In this document: one piece after another, positions 37,951 to 47,674 of the stretch | Layout of the letters: the number at the start of each line of letters is the position of its first letter | Position numbering within the stretch: position 1 is the first letter of the stretch | NCBI GenBank assembly: GCA_025454875.1 | Contig: JALONP010000008.1 | Span: forward strand, 38,616-102,615 | Direction: 5' to 3' | DNA length: 64,000 nucleotides | DNA from: Bacteroidia bacterium | Lineage (GTDB): Bacteria; Bacteroidota; Bacteroidia; UKL13-3 | Translations under genes and position numbers: made by a program | The notes under the pieces: generated by a model | The model's input: the letters and a program-made list of their open reading frames with translations, nothing else | Database searches by the model: none | What the model was told of the DNA's origin: nothing

Positions 37951-39897
37951 GTGCAAGACCATCACAATAGCCACCTGTCGAAACTGAGTTTTGCAGGATT
38001 ATTGATAACCCTCGGAATTATTTATGGAGATATTGGAACTTCGCCACTTTACGTGATGAAGGCCATTGTAGCCGATAAGATTATTACTAAAGATTTGGTG
38101 CTAGGTGGTCTCTCTTGTGTGTTTTGGACCCTGACTTTACAAACAACTTTAAAATATGTAATTATTACCCTGCGCGCTGATAACAATGGTGAGGGTGGAA
38201 TTTTTTCATTGTATGCGCTTATTCGCAGACGCAGACCTAAGTTGATTTTACCGGCTATTATTGGCGGTTGTGCGTTGTTGGCTGATGGGATTATTACTCC
38301 ACCCATTTCTGTATCGTCTGCCATTGAAGGGTTACGCATGCTAAACCCAGATATCCCAACAGTTCCAATTGTATTGGCAATTATCACCACCATTTTTATC
38401 ATTCAACGTGTTGGTACCAGCATTGTGGGTAAGGCCTTTGGCCCTATCATGTTTATTTGGTTTGGTATGTTGGCTGTTTTAGGTGTGAATTCCATCATGT
38501 TGAATCCAGCCATTATTGAGGCACTCAACCCATACTATGCTTACAATTTATTGGTGAATTATCCGCATGGATTTTGGATATTAGGTGCTGTATTTCTTTG
38601 TACAACAGGAGCCGAGGCACTTTATTCGGACTTAGGCCATTGCGGCAAAAAGAATATACGGGTAAGCTGGATTTTTGTTAAAATCGCATTGGTTCTTAAC
38701 TACCTCGGACAAGGTGCATATATCCTGCAATTTGAAGGGCAAGATATCACTGCCATGAATCCCTTCTTCTCTTTAATGCCTGATTGGTTCTTGCTTTCGG
38801 GAATTGTGATTGCAACTTCGGCAGCTATTATTGCGAGTCAAGCCCTGATTAGCGGATCATTTACGTTAATATCAGAGGCACTGCGGTTAAATGTATGGCC
38901 TAAAGTTACCATTAAATACCCATCAGAAGCCAAAGGACAATTGTATGTGCCAAGTGCTAACTGGATGCTGTGGGCAGGATGCGTGGGTGTTGTATTGTAT
39001 TTTAAAGAATCGTCAAACATGGAGGGAGCATATGGTTTGGCCATTACCATTGCCATGCTCATGACCACCATTTTGCTTGCCAACTACCTACGTAAAATTC
39101 ACATCCCACGTTGGGCAGCAGGCTCTATTTTATTAGTATATTTTGCTATTGAAGGCTCTTTCTTGATAGCGAACTTGAGCAAGTTTAAACATGGCGGTTG
39201 GGTTTCGCTTGTTATTGGATTGGCATTTATTGCCGTAATGTGGGTATGGTTTAAAGGCCGTAAAATTAAAAACAGGCTTACAGAGTTTGTAAATCTAAAA
39301 AAGTACTTACCTATTTTGCATGAACTTAGCCACGACCAATCTGTTCCGAAGTTTGCAACCCACTTAGTGTTTCTAACAAGTGCCGATCATTTAATGGAAG
39401 TAGAAAACAAAGTGATTTACTCTATTTTACAAAAACAACCGAAACGTGCGGATATTTATTGGTTCCTTCACATTCATGTAGATGACCAGCCTTACACCAT
39501 GCAATACAAAGTAGATATTGTGGTGCCTCAAGATGTAATTAAAGTTGAGTTTAGACTTGGATTTAAAGTTGAGCAAAAAATCAATTTTTACTTTCGCAAA
39601 GTGGTTGAAGAGTTAATGAAAAATAAAGAAGTGGATGTGACTTCACGCTACGCTTCATTAAACAAACAAAATATTACTGGTGATTTCCGTTTTGTAGTAC
39701 TCAAACGCCATTTGTCAAATGAGAATGAACTCTCGTTATATGAGCGCTTAATTATGGATGCTTACTTTATGTTAGATAAATTAAGTTTAAGCGAAGAGAA
39801 AGCATTTGGACTTGATACGAGTTCGGTAATTGTAGAAAAAGTGCCAATGGTGATAGCTCCTTTAAAAGATTTTAAATTGAAGCGCGTGTATAAGTAA
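37951..39897 (+). CDS. kup: KUP/HAK/KT potassium uptake transporter.
   Basis: GDIGTSPLYV signature; 12 TM helices plus a cytosolic C-terminal domain. Confidence 0.9.
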   Translation: MQDHHNSHLSKLSFAGLLITLGIIYGDIGTSPLYVMKAIVADKIITKDLVLGGLSCVFWTLTLQTTLKYVIITLRADNNGEGGIFSLYALIRRRRPKLILPAIIGGCALLADGIITPPISVSSAIEGLRMLNPDIPTVPIVLAIITTIFIIQRVGTSIVGKAFGPIMFIWFGMLAVLGVNSIMLNPAIIEALNPYYAYNLLVNYPHGFWILGAVFLCTTGAEALYSDLGHCGKKNIRVSWIFVKIALVLNYLGQGAYILQFEGQDITAMNPFFSLMPDWFLLSGIVIATSAAIIASQALISGSFTLISEALRLNVWPKVTIKYPSEAKGQLYVPSANWMLWAGCVGVVLYFKESSNMEGAYGLAITIAMLMTTILLANYLRKIHIPRWAAGSILLVYFAIEGSFLIANLSKFKHGGWVSLVIGLAFIAVMWVWFKGRKIKNRLTEFVNLKKYLPILHELSHDQSVPKFATHLVFLTSADHLMEVENKVIYSILQKQPKRADIYWFLHIHVDDQPYTMQYKVDIVVPQDVIKVEFRLGFKVEQKINFYFRKVVEELMKNKEVDVTSRYASLNKQNITGDFRFVVLKRHLSNENELSLYERLIMDAYFMLDKLSLSEEKAFGLDTSSVIVEKVPMVIAPLKDFKLKRVYK

Positions 39898-39926
39898 GTT
39901 CTCTCTTATATAAATAGACACCCGAA

Positions 39927-40619
39927 ATGAAAATAAGCAAGATAACCAATAAAGAAATTCAGAAGGGTGAAGAGGTAAAAGGACAAGACATAAGAGAAGG
40001 CATCTTTAATCTTATAAAAAACGACTTTCCAGACTTTGAAAAGCATCACTTTATATCAATAGCTGAACTTAACAAATACAGGCGGCTTTACCTTACATCA
40101 CTAATAATTCAAGAGAAAGGCGAAATAGCAGCGATTGACAGAGACGTAATAGAAGCTATCAAAAACAACTCCATATTATCTGAAAACATTCAAGACGAAA
40201 TTGAAGCCGAACTCACTTTTGGACAAAAACTTGCCGACAAAGTTGCCGCCTTTGGTGGTAGTTGGACTTTTATCATCACATTTTTTTCATTCATCTTAAT
40301 TTGGATGTTGATTAATATTTGGTTTCTCACAACAAAACCTTTTGACCCCTTCCCTTTTATCTTATTAAATCTCATACTTTCTTGTTTAGCCGCTATTCAA
40401 GCGCCTATTATTATGATGAGCCAAAATAGACTGGAACAAAAAGACAGACTACGGGGTGAACACGATTATAAAATCAACTTAAAAGCAGAACTCGAAATAA
40501 AATTATTAAGTGAAAAAATAGACCACCTTTTGGTTCATCAAAATAAAAAACTTCTCGAAATTCAAGAGGTCCAAACTGACTATCTTGAAGACTTAATGAA
40601 AGAGATGAAAAAGAAATGA
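39927..40619 (+). CDS. DUF1003-family membrane protein.
   Basis: FGGSWTFII...FDPFPFILLNLILSCLAAIQAPIIMMSQNRLEQKDR matches DUF1003. Confidence 0.6.
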   Translation: MKISKITNKEIQKGEEVKGQDIREGIFNLIKNDFPDFEKHHFISIAELNKYRRLYLTSLIIQEKGEIAAIDRDVIEAIKNNSILSENIQDEIEAELTFGQKLADKVAAFGGSWTFIITFFSFILIWMLINIWFLTTKPFDPFPFILLNLILSCLAAIQAPIIMMSQNRLEQKDRLRGEHDYKINLKAELEIKLLSEKIDHLLVHQNKKLLEIQEVQTDYLEDLMKEMKKK

Positions 40620-40836
40620 AATTAGAAGGAAGTTATTGAAAATTAGGTGCAGCCTAGTGAAGCGGAACGGCAACTGGTATTGCGTTTATGCTACCAGTGA
40701 TTGACTATCAAAAACAATCGATTAGATTGTCATCATTGTAAGCTAAGATAGCATCCAACCCACAACCAAACACCTCGTACATTCTTTACAACTTCTTTAT
40801 ACTGTAATATCTACTTTTGTACCAAACAGCAACCGA

Positions 40837-41913
40837 ATGCTTTCTTCATTTCATTTTCGGCATTTTAAACCAATCACACAGTATATAATTAGTTTAGGCT
40901 TAGTAATGCTCATTACTAGCTTATGCTTTATCGCTTCAGATTATATTGGCTATCGAATTGTAGCACTTGTATTATTGGTTGTGGTTTCATTGCTTTCGCT
41001 TTTATTTGATATGATACCTGTTATTTCAGCTGCAACCTTAAGCGCCTTAATATGGAACTTCTTTTTTATTCCGCCATTGTTCACGTTTCACATTTCGAAT
41101 GCCGAAGATTTATTAATGTTTTTACTCTATTTTGTGATTGCACTAGTGCATGCGGTATTAAGTGCAAACATTAAGCGAGCAGAAGAGAAAATTAGGGAAA
41201 AAGAAGAGCAAGCAAGAACGTTGATGTTATACGATTCGTTACTTAACTCCTTATCACACGAACTTAGAACACCACTTGCTGCTATTATTAGTGCCGTTGA
41301 TGTGTTAAAAGAAAATCAAGATAAACTCTCTACAGAAAGTCATGAAGAATTACTCCAACAAATAGATACTGCTGCAATGCGATTGAACAGGCAAGTAGAA
41401 AACTTGTTAAATATGAGTAGACTTGAAAGTGGTCAGTTGGCATTGCATTTAGATTGGTGTGATGTAAACGAACTAATTCACAATGTTTTGCAAAAGCTTG
41501 AAACTACCGGACACTCTACCCAATTTAAACACAACGATGAATTGCCTTTGTTTTTGGTTGATTCTGGTCTTTTACAACAAGCTATTTACAATATTGTACA
41601 CAATGCGGTATTATATACACCACCAAAATCAGTTATAGAAATAGAAACCACTCAAACTAAAAAGGGATTAAAAATTACAATCAGCGATAATGGCGAGGGA
41701 TTGTCACCGGAAGCACTTGCTAAAGTATTTGATAAATTTTACCGCGCTAATCAATCTAAAACGGGAGGTAGTGGTTTGGGTCTGTCTATTGTTAAAGGAT
41801 TTATTGAAGCCCATCATGGAAGTATTGACGTTGTGCAAAACTCAAAGGGTGGACTTCAATTTACCATTCAAATTCCATCACCCGTAATGAGCGTAGCATA
41901 TGAACAAAACTGA
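40837..41913 (+). CDS. Sensor histidine kinase, KdpD C-terminal-like (4-TM + HisKA + HATPase_c).
   Basis: N-terminal 4-TM module, H-box LSHELRTPLAAI, G-boxes. Confidence 0.8.
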   Translation: MLSSFHFRHFKPITQYIISLGLVMLITSLCFIASDYIGYRIVALVLLVVVSLLSLLFDMIPVISAATLSALIWNFFFIPPLFTFHISNAEDLLMFLLYFVIALVHAVLSANIKRAEEKIREKEEQARTLMLYDSLLNSLSHELRTPLAAIISAVDVLKENQDKLSTESHEELLQQIDTAAMRLNRQVENLLNMSRLESGQLALHLDWCDVNELIHNVLQKLETTGHSTQFKHNDELPLFLVDSGLLQQAIYNIVHNAVLYTPPKSVIEIETTQTKKGLKITISDNGEGLSPEALAKVFDKFYRANQSKTGGSGLGLSIVKGFIEAHHGSIDVVQNSKGGLQFTIQIPSPVMSVAYEQN

Positions 41914-42586
41914 GGTATTGGTCATTGATGATGAACCACAAATTCAAAAATTGCTTCAAATTACTTTGGAGAGCAATGATTACAAAGTGCGTTTGGCAAG
42001 TAATGGTAAAGAGGGAATTGCATTGGCGGCAAACCATACTCCAGACTTAATTTTACTCGATATTGGATTACCAGATATTAACGGACAAGAAGTACTAAAA
42101 ACACTCAGAACTTGGTATACCAAAGGAATTGTGGTTTTATCTGTTCAAAATACAGAATCGGCAATTGTAACTGCACTTGATAATGGTGCAACGGATTATT
42201 TAACCAAACCATTTCGCAACGCAGAGCTATTAGCACGTATTCGGGTTGCCCTCAGAAACCATCAGACTGTTGCTATTTCGAGTAAACTTGTATTAGGTGA
42301 ATTGCAACTTGATATTGCTGGAAGAACGGTAATAAAAAATGGAGAACTGCTTAAATTAACTGCAACAGAATTTAATTTGTTGGCTTTGTTTGCCAAAAAT
42401 GAAGGAAGGGTTTTAACACATCAATACATTTTAAAAGAGGTTTGGGGTGTAGGGTATCAAAGCGAAACACAATACTTGAGAGTATTTATCGGAAGCCTTC
42501 GGAAAAAGATTGAAGCAAATCCAAATCAACCTAAATACTTGATTACAGAGAGTGGAGTAGGTTACCGTTTGATGGCGTCTTTATAA
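41900..42586 (+). CDS. OmpR/KdpE-family response regulator.
   Basis: Receiver domain (DDEP...D in LLDIGLPD) plus a winged-helix C-terminus. Overlaps the HK stop. Confidence 0.85.
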   Translation: MNKTEVLVIDDEPQIQKLLQITLESNDYKVRLASNGKEGIALAANHTPDLILLDIGLPDINGQEVLKTLRTWYTKGIVVLSVQNTESAIVTALDNGATDYLTKPFRNAELLARIRVALRNHQTVAISSKLVLGELQLDIAGRTVIKNGELLKLTATEFNLLALFAKNEGRVLTHQYILKEVWGVGYQSETQYLRVFIGSLRKKIEANPNQPKYLITESGVGYRLMASL

Positions 42587-42669
42587 TTTCTTTATGTAAA
42601 CGCGTATTCATTTTAGTTCTTGCCTATAGCATTGTAGCGAATTTTGCATGCGAAAAATTAAACCAATCC

Positions 42670-44043
42670 ATGCAATTACATTTTCAATCAAACCTTAAAT
42701 CGCTGTTCGTATTTCTTGTACTTTCTTACCATACCTTATTGGTTGCCCAACAAGTTGGAGAACCTTTTGAAGGCATTGATCAAACATGGCAAAATGGTAG
42801 CGACCGGAGAGATTCATCTGTATTTAAAAACTTACCTCATTTTACACCTACCATCTTGATCGATGCAAACTATACCTATTCGTTTAACAACCCAAACGAC
42901 AATACCGTTGTAGGTTCTACAGCTTTGGCCCGCAACAATGAGGTGCAACTTTCGGCAATCCATTTTGGTGGCGATTTTTTTTACAACAACACACGGGCAC
43001 GTATAATGACTCAATTTGGAACCCGCTCAACTGTAGTACCTCGCAACGACTTTAGTCCATACAGAGGCCAACATGATTTGGCCAGTGTATACCGTTATTT
43101 AAGTGAAGCATACGCAGGTTACCATATCAATAAGTGGCATGGCATTAACGTAGATGCTGGTTTATTTATGAGTTATATTGGACTCAACTCATTTTACCAA
43201 GCCGAAAATTGGGAATACCAAGCATCTTTTACTTCTGACAATACCCCGTGGTTTTTTAATGGCATTCGCATTCAGATTTTCCCAAATAAAAACTGGAAAA
43301 TCGAACCTTGGATTATTAATGGCTGGCAAAGCTATGGTAAATTTAACAGCATGCCCGGAATAGGAGGAAATATTACCTACATGAGCAGCAATAGCAAGTT
43401 CAAGGCACTTACCAACAACTATTACGGAACAGATGCTGCTGGCATTCCCAACAGGGTACGTTTTCACTCCGACAACAGTATCTTATTCAAATATTTTACA
43501 AACCCTGTTAAAAAAGGCATTACCAAAGCTGCGTTTTCGCTTACAGGCGATATAGGTTTTGAACGCGGTGGAGGCGTAAATGGTTTTAATACCGATGCCA
43601 ACAAAGGTCCTGCACAATATTTTGCAAGCATTATGTTTTACAACCGTATTTGGTTTGCCAAAAACAAAATGGCTTGGACGATTGGCGGAGGTTATATGGA
43701 AAACCCAGGAAGGTATTTGGTGTTATTGCCAACAGGCCAAGCGAGTGCATTACCCAATCCAAACAATCCAACACAAACAGCAGGTGCTTTCCCATTTACT
43801 GCCAACCCTGGTGATGCATTTAGTGGTTGGGATATTTCAACAAACATTGATTTTATGCCAAGCGATAACTTTACCATTCGCTGTGAACTTGTTCACCGAA
43901 ACTCGAGTGTTCCATACTTTGCTGGTAAAGGAGGAGTGACCTCACAAACTGGATTTACCACTACCCCGCTAGACCCTAACTGGCGACCCGACTTGGTTAA
44001 ACAAGAAACACGTGTGATTTTAGCAATGCTATTTCGATTGTAG
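42670..44043 (+). CDS. Outer-membrane porin (beta-barrel).
   Basis: Signal peptide, alternating beta-strand pattern, C-terminal aromatic residue (ends ...MLFRL). Confidence 0.5.
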   Translation: MQLHFQSNLKSLFVFLVLSYHTLLVAQQVGEPFEGIDQTWQNGSDRRDSSVFKNLPHFTPTILIDANYTYSFNNPNDNTVVGSTALARNNEVQLSAIHFGGDFFYNNTRARIMTQFGTRSTVVPRNDFSPYRGQHDLASVYRYLSEAYAGYHINKWHGINVDAGLFMSYIGLNSFYQAENWEYQASFTSDNTPWFFNGIRIQIFPNKNWKIEPWIINGWQSYGKFNSMPGIGGNITYMSSNSKFKALTNNYYGTDAAGIPNRVRFHSDNSILFKYFTNPVKKGITKAAFSLTGDIGFERGGGVNGFNTDANKGPAQYFASIMFYNRIWFAKNKMAWTIGGGYMENPGRYLVLLPTGQASALPNPNNPTQTAGAFPFTANPGDAFSGWDISTNIDFMPSDNFTIRCELVHRNSSVPYFAGKGGVTSQTGFTTTPLDPNWRPDLVKQETRVILAMLFRL

Positions 44044-44256
44044 TATTAAGTTCAGCCCTTGGGCGGTAATCAGGCAAGAGATAAATTTGTCGGTACATTC
44101 ACTTTGTATTATCCGGGCTAAATGACCATACAAACTAAAACTGATTGAAAATCAGGAGCTGATTAAAAAGCTAAAACCAACTGCAAAAAAATTTGTCAAT
44201 TCTGTAGTATCACATTTGCATGTATGTTTCCTTTTCATACATTTGCAGCCCAAGAT

Positions 44257-44329
44257 TGTCCGATGGTGTAACTGGCAACACGTCTGATTTTGGTTCAGAA
44301 GAGTCTAGGTTCGAGCCCTAGTCGGACAA
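44257..44329 (+). tRNA. tRNA-Gln (anticodon TTG).
   Basis: Cloverleaf: acceptor TGTCCGA/TCGGACA, D-arm GTGT-AACTGGCA-ACAC, anticodon stem TCTGA/TCAGA with loop TTTTGGT, T-arm CTAGG-TTCGAGC-CCTAG. CCA not encoded. Confidence 0.8.
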
Positions 44330-44340
44330 CAGAAAGGTAA

Positions 44341-44376
44341 GTGTCGGGTTTTTTATCAAAATCCGACATTTTTTTT
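44341..44376 (+). terminator. Rho-independent terminator after the tRNA-Gln.
   Basis: GTGTCGGGTTTTTTATCAAAATCCGACA followed by TTTTTTTT. Confidence 0.6.
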
Positions 44377-44408
44377 ACTACCATGTGAAACCATAAAAAA
44401 ACAGAGCC

Positions 44409-45350
44409 ATGCCAACGCCACGCAATGAAGTAAAACTGTTCTCGGGACGCAACTCCCTTTATTTAGCCGAAAAAATTGCTGCTTCGTATGGCCAGCCATT
44501 AGGCGATATCACCGTTTCACAATTTAGCGATGGCGAAATCCAGCCCAGCATTAACGAATCGGTAAGGGGCTCAGATGTGTTTTTAATTCAAAGCACCTTC
44601 CCGAGTGCCGACAACTTATTGGAACTGTTGCTCATGATTGATGCCGCCAAACGCGCATCTGCACATTATATTACAGCTGTTATCCCTTATTTTGGGATGG
44701 CTCGCCAAGATCGTAAAGACCGTCCGCGGGTGTCGATTGGCTCCAAAGTAGCAGCTGATTTGCTCAAAGCAGTTGGTGTGAGCCGCGTAATGACCATGGA
44801 TTTGCATGCCCCACAGATTCAGGGATTTTTTGAAGTACCCGTTGACCATTTAGACTCATCGGTGATTTTTATCCCTTATATCCGTGGTTTAAAGGAAGAT
44901 AATTTAATTTTAGCTTCTCCAGATATGGGAAGTTCGAATAGAACCCGTACATTTGCCCGCTCTTTGAACTTGGATATGGTTATCTGTGACAAAGAGCGTA
45001 AGCGTGCCAACGAAATTGCATCGATGACATTGATTGGGGATGTGGCAGGAAAAGATGTGATTTTGATTGACGATATTATCGATACAGGAAACACCTTAGC
45101 TAAATCGGCCCAAATGCTTAAAGATAAAGGAGCATTGAGCGTGAGAGCCATGTGTACACATCCGGTACTATCGGGCAAAGCCTACGAAACGTTGGAAGCT
45201 TCGGTGATAGACGAGTTGGTGGTATGTGATACCATTCCGTTAAAACACCAAAGCCCTAAGATAAAGGTATTAAGTGTTGCAGATTTGTTTGCAAATGCAA
45301 TTAAAAATGTAACCGAGTTTGGATCGATTAGCTCGCTGTTCAGCGTTTAA
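44409..45350 (+). CDS. prs: Ribose-phosphate pyrophosphokinase.
   Basis: PRPP-binding motif DLHA...DDIIDTGNT; 313 aa. Confidence 0.95.
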   Translation: MPTPRNEVKLFSGRNSLYLAEKIAASYGQPLGDITVSQFSDGEIQPSINESVRGSDVFLIQSTFPSADNLLELLLMIDAAKRASAHYITAVIPYFGMARQDRKDRPRVSIGSKVAADLLKAVGVSRVMTMDLHAPQIQGFFEVPVDHLDSSVIFIPYIRGLKEDNLILASPDMGSSNRTRTFARSLNLDMVICDKERKRANEIASMTLIGDVAGKDVILIDDIIDTGNTLAKSAQMLKDKGALSVRAMCTHPVLSGKAYETLEASVIDELVVCDTIPLKHQSPKIKVLSVADLFANAIKNVTEFGSISSLFSV

Positions 45351-45447
45351 CCAACCAAATAAAGATTTATCCGCATTTATAAATCAACAATGCGAAACCA
45401 AGGTGATGCGGATGCACTGAGGTAGCGCAACAAAAAAAAACAACACA

Positions 45448-46029
45448 ATGAAATCAATAGCCATGTTTGGTTACTTGCGGGACGGAGTGGGAAAAGCTTC
45501 TGCTAAATCGCTTCGAAACGAGGGTAAAGTGCCGTGCGTATTGTATGGTGGTAACGAGAACATCAACTTTTCAATGTACTCGGCTGACTTTAAAAAATTG
45601 GTGTACACACCTGACACCTACAAAGTAAAATTGGATTTGGATGGCAAAACGTACAAAGCCATTTTAAAAGACATCCAGTTTCATCCAGTTAACGATTCTA
45701 TTCTTCATGCTGATTTCCAAGAAATTCATGACGATAAGGAAATCGTATTGCAAGTACCTGTTAAAATGGTAGGAAACTCGGTAGGTGTGCGTGCGGGTGG
45801 TAAATTAATTATCAAGTCGCATAAGCTAAAAGCAAAAGGTTTACCTGCTAACTTCCCTGATCATATTGAGGTGAACATCGAAAACCTAGAGATTGGAAAA
45901 GCAATTAAAGTAGGTGAAGTTGCAGTATCAAACTTAACATTGTTGGATTCACCAAACAACCCAGTTGTAACGGTTAAAACAACACGTGCTGCCGCAGCTG
46001 CTGCTCAAGCAGACGAGAAAAAGAAATAA
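45448..46029 (+). CDS. rplY: 50S ribosomal protein L25/general stress protein Ctc.
   Basis: L25 N-domain plus beta-barrel C-domain; usual prs-rplY neighbourhood. Confidence 0.9.
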   Translation: MKSIAMFGYLRDGVGKASAKSLRNEGKVPCVLYGGNENINFSMYSADFKKLVYTPDTYKVKLDLDGKTYKAILKDIQFHPVNDSILHADFQEIHDDKEIVLQVPVKMVGNSVGVRAGGKLIIKSHKLKAKGLPANFPDHIEVNIENLEIGKAIKVGEVAVSNLTLLDSPNNPVVTVKTTRAAAAAAQADEKKK

Positions 46030-46048
46030 GTATATTTCTGTGATACCC

Positions 46049-46084
46049 AAAAGCCCGAAACTAAGGTGTTTCGGGCTTTTTTTA
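46049..46084. terminator. Bidirectional terminator between rplY and the convergent protease gene.
   Basis: AAAAGCCCGAAACTAAGGTGTTTCGGGCTTTTTTT. Confidence 0.7.
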
Positions 46085-47626
46085 TTGGTTACGGTAATCG
46101 ATATTCATTAACTGAATAGCTTTATAGGCAGGAATGGCGAAACCTAAGCCTTCTAGTCCCCTACCCGAAATCTTCATAGCTACAATGCCTACAACTTCTC
46201 CCTGCTCATTTAAAAGCGGCCCACCACTGTTTCCAGGATTAATACTGACATCTGTTTGTATCAACTCTCTAAGTTCAATTTTTCTAACACCACTAATAAT
46301 GCCTTTTGATACCGTTTGACCTAAATCCTTTGAAGCTGGTGTACCAATGGCAACAACCGACTCTCCAACCTCATAGTTACTTTCATTGCTTAGTTGTAGA
46401 TAAGGGGTATTGTATTTGGGGATCTGAATAAGTGCTAAGTCATTGAAGATATCGTATCGCACAAGTTCGGCTATAAAAGAGGTGGTATCTTTACCAACAC
46501 GCACCTTGATTTCGTTTGCATCTTCAATAACGTGGTAATTGGTGAGAATATAACCTGAGTCGTTGATTAAAAAACCACTTCCAAAACTATTTTCAGCTCC
46601 ATCTATTGTTACAACCGATTGGATGTTTCTTCGTATTTGTTCCTTAAGTTCGATTCCCTTTACTGCAGGCAATGTTTTAATTGGTAAACGATACTGTTCA
46701 TATTCCAATTTGTAGGCATCATTGGCTGCATTAATCTTCCTGATTAAAGAAGAGTCGCTAATACAAATACTTGCATTATCAAAAATTGCTTTGTTAAACA
46801 ATACATTGGGTTCACTTGCATTGTAAAAACCATAATTTACAATATCAACAGACTCTGACTTTCCATTACCAAAATCAAAAACATACCGCATACGCAGATT
46901 GTAAAATCCATATTTGTAGTAATCCGATTTAAAGAGGTAATAAAATGTTTTAAAGACAAAATCTTCAATAACAGGTTTTACGGTTACAAACTGCCTATGC
47001 CTTGTTTTTGGTCCGTAGTCTTTAGAAATTAAACCATCACAGTTAACGATGAGTATGTTGTTTACCCCTAATAAATTACACATTTGCTTTCTTAAGTTTC
47101 GGTTTGCACCAAAAATTGGATCATATGCCATTCCTTCTGCAACCGTGCTAAATGTTTGCCCAGATTGATCTTTCCCAATCAACGTTCCGTTTTTGATGCG
47201 ATTTTCAATCGGCAACAGAATAAGCTTAAGTGGATCTTGTAATGATTCCGAGGCCTTAGGCAACATAAATACATCACAAACTGTAGGTTTAATAGTTGAA
47301 ATACCCGAATATGGAATAAAACGTTCAGCGGCAATTTTGGCCTTATGTACCTCGAATACATTAATTTCAAGCACTTCTTTGGTAGGAAGCACAATGGTTA
47401 AATCAAGAAGCCCTTCTCCCTTTAACGTAATCCTTACTTCCTTTAAAGTCGATTTTGTAAATGTGATTGGAAGGGTTCCAATCAATTCTTCCGTTTCTGT
47501 ATTGTAGGCCTCAATTTTCTTTTCAGAAAATGCTTGAACAACCAGTTTCTTGGTGTCTTTATTTTGGGCATTTGCGGTTAACGTAAAAATGCAAAAACAA
47601 ATTAAGGTTGTTAGGGTAAATTTCAT
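46082..47626 (-). CDS. Secreted protein with a C-terminal trypsin-like (S1/S1C) serine peptidase domain and an uncharacterised ~330-aa N-terminal region.
   Basis: Signal peptide. C-terminal ...TNYHVIEDA...DLALIQI...INPGNSGGPLLN catalytic triad context. Confidence 0.7.
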   Translation of the reverse strand: MKFTLTTLICFCIFTLTANAQNKDTKKLVVQAFSEKKIEAYNTETEELIGTLPITFTKSTLKEVRITLKGEGLLDLTIVLPTKEVLEINVFEVHKAKIAAERFIPYSGISTIKPTVCDVFMLPKASESLQDPLKLILLPIENRIKNGTLIGKDQSGQTFSTVAEGMAYDPIFGANRNLRKQMCNLLGVNNILIVNCDGLISKDYGPKTRHRQFVTVKPVIEDFVFKTFYYLFKSDYYKYGFYNLRMRYVFDFGNGKSESVDIVNYGFYNASEPNVLFNKAIFDNASICISDSSLIRKINAANDAYKLEYEQYRLPIKTLPAVKGIELKEQIRRNIQSVVTIDGAENSFGSGFLINDSGYILTNYHVIEDANEIKVRVGKDTTSFIAELVRYDIFNDLALIQIPKYNTPYLQLSNESNYEVGESVVAIGTPASKDLGQTVSKGIISGVRKIELRELIQTDVSINPGNSGGPLLNEQGEVVGIVAMKISGRGLEGLGFAIPAYKAIQLMNIDYRNQ

Positions 47627-47674
47627 TTGGATTGTTGGTTACGAATCAAGTTGTTTGCAATAAAATACAACCTT

